Of a DNA stretch of 64,000 bases, positions 55,814-64,000 are shown one piece after another. Below the pieces are notes generated by a model that was given only the letters and a program-made list of their open reading frames with translations, made no database searches and was not told the origin of the DNA. The stretch is from the NCBI GenBank assembly GCA_050273025.1, contig CP158635.1:17918001-17982000 (forward strand), written 5' to 3'. Within the stretch, counting starts at the first letter, position 1. Every line of letters starts with the position of its first letter. This DNA is from Cenococcum geophilum (lineage: Eukaryota). Position numbers and translations under genes: made by a program.

Positions 55814-56011
55814 TGTTAGGAATATAGGCAAGTTGCCGTTATGTGCGGCAAGTTGCCGTTATATGCGGTAAGTTGCCGTTACGTGTCGCCGCGGCACTAG
55901 TGTGGCGAGGAGCCTTAAGCTCCTCGCCCCCCCTAATGAATACAAAAAGAAGAACAATTATCATACTATCTACGAACCGTAGCTATATAATATTACCTTG
56001 TATAACTAACA
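55814..56011 (+). repeat. Copia 3' LTR (198 bp)
   Basis: TGTTAG...CTAACA; three AAGTTGCCGT units. Confidence 0.95.
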
Positions 56012-59000
56012 ATTATTAAGTATAAGGCTCCCTATAAACTAACTCTTAGCTATATTTATAAGGGTCTTAATAATATAAAACTTAAGGAAGTAGTCTGCTA
56101 CCGTAAAATCGATAGCCTATAAGACCACTTCCGTTGCCTAGTCGCTGCTATTATTACTTAGGCCTTTTCTTATATGGTTTAGGCTGGACTAGAGTATAGG
56201 TGTATTTACACTAGTAAAGTATTTATTTTTTTGCGAGTGCCCTATAATTCTAAAACGGTTTACTACTTCCTATTTGTCCCTAAGGGTGACGTTAGGGAGA
56301 CGACTAGATAGGCACTAGATTTAGATAGGGGAAATTAATTATATTTAACCGCCATTAGATAGATGCTAGCATTTACCCTTTAGGCGCTAAAGACGCCGCC
56401 TTGGAATTAAAATTGGCGGACTAACGCGGCCGCTTAACTAAAAAGCTAGGAGGTAATCTATAATAATCTACTAGATATAATTCCTGTATATAATGCGCCG
56501 TTATTAAAGTACTAGGCACCTAGGTAAAATGATTTTCTTTATATATTACCTATCTAGCTTTAACCTAGAGTAACGTTAACTAGTCCCCCTTAGTGTCACC
56601 TATCGCAGAATTAGAGTAAGCTTAGTGATGACGAGTTTAATCCTAATACTCCAAGCCGTCTATCTTAGCGGTCTTTACCCTAGCCTTTACCTTAAGCCCT
56701 GGACCCTACTAGCAGATTATTATCTAGTCGCGATTCCCGCCATAGAGGTAAAGGTAGGCAGTATTGCACTTAAAAATGTCTTCTTAGCTTAGTGGAGGGG
56801 GGTTTGCTTAATAAGACGTGTCTAAACGTATAAGATTACGGTGGGAGCCGTTATTGGATTAACTAATCTACCTTCCTTAATCTTATGCGCTAGCAACTTT
56901 TAAAAGATTTAGATACTAATTATAAGCTAATAGGCGTATATAGAATACGCGGGGCTCTACTTAAGGTTAGGTTAACGTTATACGGATATACCCTAGCCGC
57001 AAAATGCACCGTTATTAACTTTGTTGGCCACTTAAATTAGGAGGCCACTATTTACGAGCGCCTTTATCCGATCTAGGGTACATATATACCAGTGTATTTA
57101 GGAAATATCGATTTTAACCGTCCGTATTTCTATAACGGTATTGCGGAGATTGTTTATATAATGTTTCTTAGTTTTAGAAGGAAACTGATCTTTTAACGTA
57201 TTAACGGTAATAATAGGCTATACCTAACAGAATAGGTTAAGCGCTTAATTCGGGCTGTCTATTAACTAGGAGTTTTGTACTAAGATATAATGCCTTATAA
57301 TATGCTTTAGAATATAGAGGTTAGTAAAGCAATAATAATTAACTTTAAATGGGCTGAGGTTTTAAAACCGCGGGCTATACTAGGTGTTATTTTACTAAAT
57401 TAGAAAAGAAAATGGGTACCTAAGGAGGGTCTAAATAAGTAGCCAGGAGGACGTCGTGATAAATTTATACGGGAGATGTAATAGGTAATAGTAGAACACC
57501 GCGGGTTAAAATAGCCGGGGTGTTTACCGTATTAGTAAATTAAATAGTCTTTATAGCCTTTAGACCTAGAAACCCTTATAGGCCCCCTTTTTTTCTATTA
57601 TTTTAAGGACAATGCTATTCTCTACTAGTAAAGAAGACGCTAGTAGACTTATATACGTGATAGTGGAACGTAGTTCTACTTGCTTTAGACGCTAAGCTTA
57701 GTTAAATCTGCTAATTTATTGCTAATTAAGCATATAAATACGGCAAATACTTACTATAAAGGGCGGGGCTATTTAGCTTAAATCTAATATATAAATTTTC
57801 TTTAATAAGTAAACGATATAAGACTAAAGAGCGTACTATTTAAGCTAATAAATTTCCTCCTCAATTCTGTAGACTTCTTTATCCTTAGGCTAAGTATGCC
57901 CTTTTTCTTTTAAATGCCGTGACCTTGTTTCTTGCCTTTGTAACTTATTTATCTCTATAATCTAAAGTTTTATTACTACCTTTTTAAGAGTATAGATTTC
58001 GTTTTAAAGCCACTTAATAGTATCTCTTGTCTCTTTCCAGTTACTTCTTAGGCCGTTAATTTAATTGTTAACCTTCCCTAAATAATTTATAATATAGCGG
58101 TCGCATTTTTTAAAACTGCTAACTCTCCTATTAAGTTGGCTAAGCCTGTAGCTAAGTTAATTAACTAAGCTACTTAGTCTCTTTATTGCCCCTAATAGAG
58201 TAAGCTAGGGGTCGGTAAGCTTTATTAGAAGGAGTTACTAAACGAACTATATTAAGACGACTTCTTTATCTTATTAGTGCGGAGTAAGTATTTCCTTATA
58301 GTTCCTTTTATATTGGCCTTATTATTCTCTAAATTACTCTTACGTTCCGATACTAACTAGGTATCCTACTTGTATTAGTAAGCTAGTGAATGGATAAAAC
58401 TATAGGGAAGCAACTATTGCATACCTGCCCTACTATATTAACGGCCTTATCGGAGCCCTTGGGATGGGAAGTATATAGTATATCCTAGCTCCGTTAGCGG
58501 TATCCTATAAAGGATTTAATATTTAGAGCGCACCTTAGCCTAATATAATATAGTATCCTCTATTATAGCATCTAAGTAGCTTATTATTAAAAAGATAAGG
58601 TAGCTAATAGTTTAAGTATTTACGAGAAAGTAAGAAGGGATTTCTTTAAAGGATACTATACTTAATATAGGTCTAGTTAAAGAATATAAAGGCCTTTTAT
58701 ATCCTGCTCCTCTCTACTACCTAGCTAATAGGAGAGCTAATAGTAGACTTCGCTTTAACTGTGCCTTAAAAGTCGAGCCGATTTATTAACTTAGGGATAC
58801 TAGCATAGTATTACAAATGCGCTATAATACGGCCATAATAGAAGTATAATCCTTTCTATCTATACCCACCTTTGCTATGCCTCTATAGGAGGGTTATATT
58901 AAACGATAAGGACTAGCATTAACCCCTTTCTTCCAATTATTTTAAGATGGCGATATAGAGGCAGCTAGTTAAGCGTTACTTTATACAGTAATACCCATCC

Positions 59001-59132
59001 AGTTGCGTGGCTTTACTTAAGCCCTATTATACGCCTTAATACAACTTTCTGTCGCCTTAATAGCTAACGAGCTAGGCTTAAGGTTAAGATAAGGTAAACA
59101 GGCAACTTAGCTTTTAAATAGCCTTAATAGTA

Positions 59133-59500
59133 TAGGGTTCGGAGGCGTTTGTATAAAATTATAAACTAGAACTGGAAGCTAATAATAACCCCCTAATAAC
59201 GCCTTACCTAGTAGGAATAGTATTATATAATCCACTCCTAACGCCCACCCTTTATAGAGTAGGGTACTGCTTAAGCAGTAGACTTATCTTAGCCAGTTAA
59301 TCTTGTATATTTACTCCCTATCTATAGTAAAGGAGCTATTAATGCGTTATAGGGTGGTTTAATTAGTATTCTAGCTAAGCCCTTTATAAGCGCTCCGCCT
59401 TATATAGGCGGTATAATAACTCCTATTAATCTACCTTGCGTTAAGGGAGGACTTATATTTAAGACACTAAGTAGCCAGTACTTAGGCATATAGACTTATA
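59133..59500 (+). repeat. Direct repeat copy B (pairs with 47445-47810)
   Basis: Colinear with copy A; lies at the end of a coding-like stretch from ~58400. Confidence 0.9.
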
Positions 59501-59799
59501 CCCTTATTTATACATTTTACTGCGTCCTTATTTCTATAAGTAGTCGGTTTACTTTTTACTTATTATTTATCTATTAGAACACTCTACCTTCTCTTTTTTT
59601 ACTAGCCGTTCTGTCTAGTTATTGGCGTTAATCCTCCTCTCCTTTATAGTAACTATTTTAGAATTTACTTTGGATCCTTACTCGTAAAATTAACTATAAA
59701 AAAAAGCTAAACGCACTATTGTAGATTTAAAGCGTCAGTATTAGCCTAAGTACTATTGAACTTCTTAGTCTTTGCTATATGTAAGTACCCTCTAAACTA

Positions 59800-61410
59800 T
59801 AAAATCGCCCTTCTCCATTGTGCTCTTTCTAGGAAAAATTAAAACCCGTGCTTATAATGGTATATTTAAATCTAGTAACACTCTTAAAAGCCTATTAAGC
59901 AGCTTAGATAAGGCCTAATAATAAACGACCTAATAAAGAGGCCGGTATAGGCCTACGAAGATCCTTATATTTTAAGCTAATAATTAAGGAGGAAAGGCTG
60001 AAAGTAGCTTTAAAGCGTAATATACCTACTAAGGATTAGGTTCGTGCCGTCTTATTTAGCTTATAAATAAATATACTTCTTTTTGCCGTTCCCGTCAGCT
60101 TCGTAGTCAATTATCTTTATGTTAATAGTATTACTATATTTATTGTTAACTTTATTGCTATTATTCCGCTTACTATAATGCTTAGTTACGCTATTAAAGA
60201 GATTACGCTCCGTGCTAGTAATATATTAGGTAGTCTTTTAAACGCAACTTTTAGGTACGTTTCTCCGCTTCTTATTTATTCTAATATTATTTAATATTTA
60301 GCGCAGAAACGCTGTTAAATTAATTGTCTCTATCTTAGCCCTAACTAAGGGCCAGATTACTATTATTAAAACTTCCTTAATTAGTAGTATGCTTTTAAAC
60401 TTACTCCTTATCCTTAGTATATACTTCTTCTTTAGAGGTATTAACTGGGTGGAATAACATTTTAATATAATAGTAGTAGGTACTATAGCCAGTCTTCTAG
60501 CTCTATGCATTAGCAGTTTAATTATTCTAACTGCCTTTTACTCTACGCTATTAAGTAAGTTTAATGATAGCTTTAGACCTATAATAAGTACTAACCCACG
60601 CAGCTATAAGCCTTAATAGCTCTATACTTAATCTAGAGCTTTCCTATAGAATAGCTGTTATCCTCCTAATTATATACGTTTGCTACCTTATATTTTAATT
60701 AAAGTTATATACCGAAATATATAATACTCTAAGCTAAAGGGCTCCTAAGCGTAGGTCCTCCTATAAGTAGGGTATACCTCTCTATAGTATTGCATAGATC
60801 GGCGCTGGAGCGCCGGCTATATTTGGAGGCGGAGTAAACCAAGAACAGCCTATGCAGGATTTAAATGTAGAAAAGGAAAATAACGAGATTAAGGAGCCCT
60901 AATTAACGATCTGGGGTGTAATTATAACCCTTAAAATCTCTACCGCGTTAGTCGCCTTCTGTTCCGAGTTTATAGTTAATAATATTAGTAATATTACGGT
61001 AAGCGGCACTATCTCTACTACTTTTGTTAGTCTTATTCTACTCCTAATTATTAGGAACGCTGCTAAGTATATAATAGCGGTTATAGTAGCTTATAAGGAT
61101 AAAATAAATCTAGTAATTAATATTACTATTAGATCTAGTATACAAATTACTTTTTTAGTTCTCCTATTTATTATTATACTTAGTTAGATTATAGGCCAGG
61201 ATTATATAACGCTTTATTTTAATACCTTTCTAATCGCTATTTTGTTTATTGCCATACTCCTAGTAAATTATTTTATCTAAGATAGCAAATCTAGTAAGTT
61301 TTTCTTTCTATATAGGTAATCTACTATAACTAATACTAAAATAGACTGGCTTAAAGGCGTTCTTATTATAGCAATCTATACTATTATTACAGTTGCTAGC
61401 TAGTTTTATT
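59800..61410 (+). pseudogene. vcx1: Vacuolar Ca2+/H+ exchanger (CAX/VCX1 family), intron-containing
   Basis: NFIAIIPL..LLNATF[GTACGT..CAG intron]NAVKLIV (alpha-1 GNAxE motif); SLISSMLLNLLL; LLLIIRNAAKY (alpha-2 GNAAEH); SNWLKG split by an intron near 61295-61343. Ends approximate. Confidence 0.92.
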
Positions 61411-62524
61411 AAGTTTTAGATTTTTTTTATCCTACTTAGTTTAAGCCTCTAATTAATATCTTACTCCTCTATTAGTGTCGACTAGTTTCTATTACCTAGA
61501 GCTAAATAGGATTTTTATAAACTGTGTGTATAGCTTTCTAGCAAACCCTAGGTTAATCTTCTTATATCTGTTAAGCCGTCTAAGTTACCTAGAATGTTGC
61601 TTTCTTTTATTTTCTTTTAAAAAAAAAATTATATTTATATCCCTTTTCTTTTATATATATATATAGATTGTGTCTTATTATATTATTCTCTACTACTTAA
61701 ACCCTCTTGCATATTTATTATACCTATAATAGTATAAGAGTATTGCTACTATTAACAAATTAATACGTCTAATATGTAGGATAGGTAACTATATGCAGAA
61801 TTTCTAAAGTGCAAAAACTGGAAGCCGATTTATAAGCGACTATCCCTTAAGCTGGTATATATAGGGCTGTAAGGCCAAGGTGGCATAAGCTAAAGGCGTA
61901 AAGCGAGATCTATAGGACCTTTAAAGTCTAAGGGGAAGATATTCTAGAACCTGGAATAAGAACTATAAGGCGTTTAAGGCCGTTAGAATACGAAGTAGAT
62001 AAGAGTAAGAGAGGCGATCCGCTTATTTAGGCGGTATATATTTATGTTAAATTATAAGGCTAGTTTTAGCTGCGTTATAAATCCGCTTTTCTTTTTAATA
62101 TATATTTAAGTTTGCTAGCTTACTAGTAATTAAAATTTCTATAAAGAACTAGATAAGTAATAAACGTTATATATAAGCTGTTTGCTTATTATAGGCGACA
62201 AGTAAATGCTAAATGGACGGTAAATAGGTAGTAATACTAATGCCTTTCGCTATAAAGAGGACCTTATTATAGACTCTCGCGGCTAAGTTACCCCCTATCT
62301 CTCTTACTTCCCTTACTGCTCCTTCTAATTAAGAATTCTTTTTAAAGGAAAACTTCTTAATATAATATAATCTATTACTAAAGAGAGAAGGAGCTACCTA
62401 TTACTACCTTCCTTCTTCCCTTCTTTTCTTCCCTTTTTTTTCGCTTGTTATCTTAAATATAGAGATAGTAATAACAATGCGTTCCCCTTGCGATATATAC
62501 TAGTAAAGGGGGAGTCCGCGTATA

Positions 62525-64000
62525 TTAGTAAGATACTCTATACGTATTAGATATATATCTTTTAAAATATATTATGCTATTTAGCTTAATAGAATATTTA
62601 GGGTGGCGATATTAAAACTCTCTCTAATATTTAGGGAGTTAAAAGTGGGTTTCCACGTACTTCTTTAGGACGTCTTTTCGCGGTATATAGCGCATCCGTT
62701 TTTTGTATAAGAACTCGTTATTGCCTATATAAATAAGGTATACTAGGTAGGAAAGCTCTATAGGATATAACTAAATAGTCTTGGCTTTAGCGGCGTCTAA
62801 AGTGCCAAGCTCTTATTAAATAGTCCCACAATATTTATTATCCGGCGACTCTTCCTTTAGGGACGCATAATTAGGAGTTTGGTAATTTAAGGTACTTTTA
62901 AGACTGATATTCTTTCGCTTTTGCATATAAGATATTTTCTTATTTTTAAAAACAATGAAGTCTATTTTCTTCCGTTTTGAAGGTTTACGTTAAGCTGTTT
63001 CTTCTTAATAATATAGTTAAGCTAGGTTTTCGATGAACTTAACCTAGGCTTTTTTATTTTTAAAAGGTGTAAAGAGTATTCTAGTAATAGTAGCCCGCTC
63101 TAGAAGTTCAAATTCCTACCTTAGCAGTGTTAATACCTTAGTTAGGCCCTTCCTACTAAGCTAACTGGCTATTTCAATCGTGTCGATTAAGTCGTAAAAT
63201 TTGCGAATAGCAGTTATTAATCGTTCCCTCTGTAACCTTTAATACGTTATACCAATATTCCGCTTAGTCTCTTTATATTACTAGTATAATTTAGTACCTT
63301 TGACCTTAGTAACGAGGTAGAGGCCTTTATTATAGATAAGGTTCTTATATTCTTTTCGTTTATTATAAAGCGCTTTAAGCTTAGGGTTATTACGGACTTC
63401 TTCTAGCTAGTTATTATTGAGCTCTATAGGCGCTTGTCGATTTCATAACAGCCCCATTCTCGCGATAGATTTAATAAGGAGATCCTATAAAGGACTTCTA
63501 AAATAGATACTCTGGTAATTGCGTGCAATATGCGTTAGTATATAATACCTCTTATACGTACTACTAAGATGGCCTATAGTCTGGTTCCGCTCTTTTGGAG
63601 TAATAGCGTCTATCTATATAATTAATATATAACCAGGTTTAGAGGTAATTATTAAGTAGTTCTACCGTTAATGTTTTTACCTAAAGCCCGTCGCAGCTAG
63701 TACAGCTCTAGTGCCTTCTTAACCCTAGCAATAAGCCCTAGGCGTATAAATATATTATAGTATTTAGCGTATAGAAAGGCCTTTTCTTTTATAATATTGC
63801 CACCCCTAGTTATATAGCTGACGTTACAGAAAAATAGTTAATCTAGTACTTCGTCCTGCGCCAGTACCTTAAGGTTGAAGATGTTTTAAATACTTATAAA
63901 GTTATTTCGGAATACGTTTTAACTAACGCTAATAGCTAAAATATGCGAAATAATATAGAATGTAGGAAGGTCTTCTAGACGGAAGGTAAATTTCTTTTTA
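62525..64000 (-). pseudogene. DUF3435 tyrosine recombinase (Starship captain), 3' part; 5' end beyond the window
   Basis: FTFRLEDL..IISHILAI; LELY*LRRALGKNIN[intron 63610-63665]DAITPKERNQTIGH..TYKRYY..IARNYQSIYF..RMGL..RQAPIEL; C-terminal degenerate CxxC/H..CxHPxC..HFKRH zinc finger at ~62530-62760. Confidence 0.88.

Larger units (their letters stand above)
49982..56011 (+). mobile_element. Full-length Ty1/Copia LTR retrotransposon (RIP-inactivated), 6030 bp
   Basis: TG..CA LTRs at 49982-50159 and 55814-56011; TSD ATTAT at 49977-49981 and 56012-56016; IN (AYNSIRKVERYY ~53125) precedes RT (RDIT*AYT* ~54230; KLLYRIAEAG ~54350; *TNN=QTDD ~54500) and RNase H (~55200). Confidence 0.96.
49038..57514 (+). 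pseudogene. Spok-like (spore killer, meiotic-drive family) nuclease-kinase gene, split by Copia; segments 49038-49981 and 56017-57514
   Basis: ATG at 49038; heptad EEAERAQ coiled coil; TLPKFLNAYY; ID*FCVY..IIKYKAPYKL (= ADQFCVY..EYKAPHKL); *AFSYMV..YTSKVFIFL; YCT*KCLL..TCLNV Cys cluster at 56762; kinase GALLKVRL..GYTLAAK, VLY*DI..NML, MIDF-like. The joined frame is 814 codons with no frameshift. Confidence 0.85.
1..64000 (-). mobile_element. Probable RIP-degraded Starship giant transposon (boundaries not located)
   Basis: The captain points leftward into a continuous RIPed tract of accessory genes (Spok-like, ankyrin, GNAT, CAX). Leftward extent is inferred, not seen. Confidence 0.6.

Noticed and set aside
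60298..60510. Minus-strand 70-aa ORF
   Set aside because: Antisense to the Ca2+/H+ exchanger pseudogene.
1..64000. Alternative genetic code (TAA/TAG = Gln)
   Set aside because: Trp codons also become stops, conserved residues show C>Y, H>Y and D>N changes, and LTR pairs differ by transitions; this is RIP, not recoding.

Overview
Filamentous-ascomycete DNA saturated by repeat-induced point mutation (RIP): it is AT-rich and TpA-rich, and repeat pairs differ mostly by C>T/G>A. Almost all genes are therefore pseudogenes, and the supplied ORFs are mostly fragments or antisense shadows. Reading TAA/TAG as former CAA/CAG/TGG codons reveals a coherent structure. (1) At the right edge, on the minus strand, is the 3' part of a DUF3435-type tyrosine recombinase (Starship 'captain'), so the sequence to its left is probably cargo of a dead giant Starship transposon. 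(2) That cargo includes a full-length Spok-like spore-killer gene (coiled coil, nuclease, Cys cluster, kinase; 814 codons, frame intact), a Ca2+/H+ exchanger, an ankyrin-repeat gene, a GNAT-fusion gene and several unknown repeat-rich genes. (3) Three complete LTR retrotransposons with TSDs are nested in it: two chromodomain Gypsy elements (5784-14706 +, 15805-23748 -) and one Copia (49982-56011 +) that splits the Spok-like nuclease motif. (4) Both Gypsy elements carry a spliced, Cys-rich gene antisense to pol. Family calls rest on motif recognition by eye; no database search was run.
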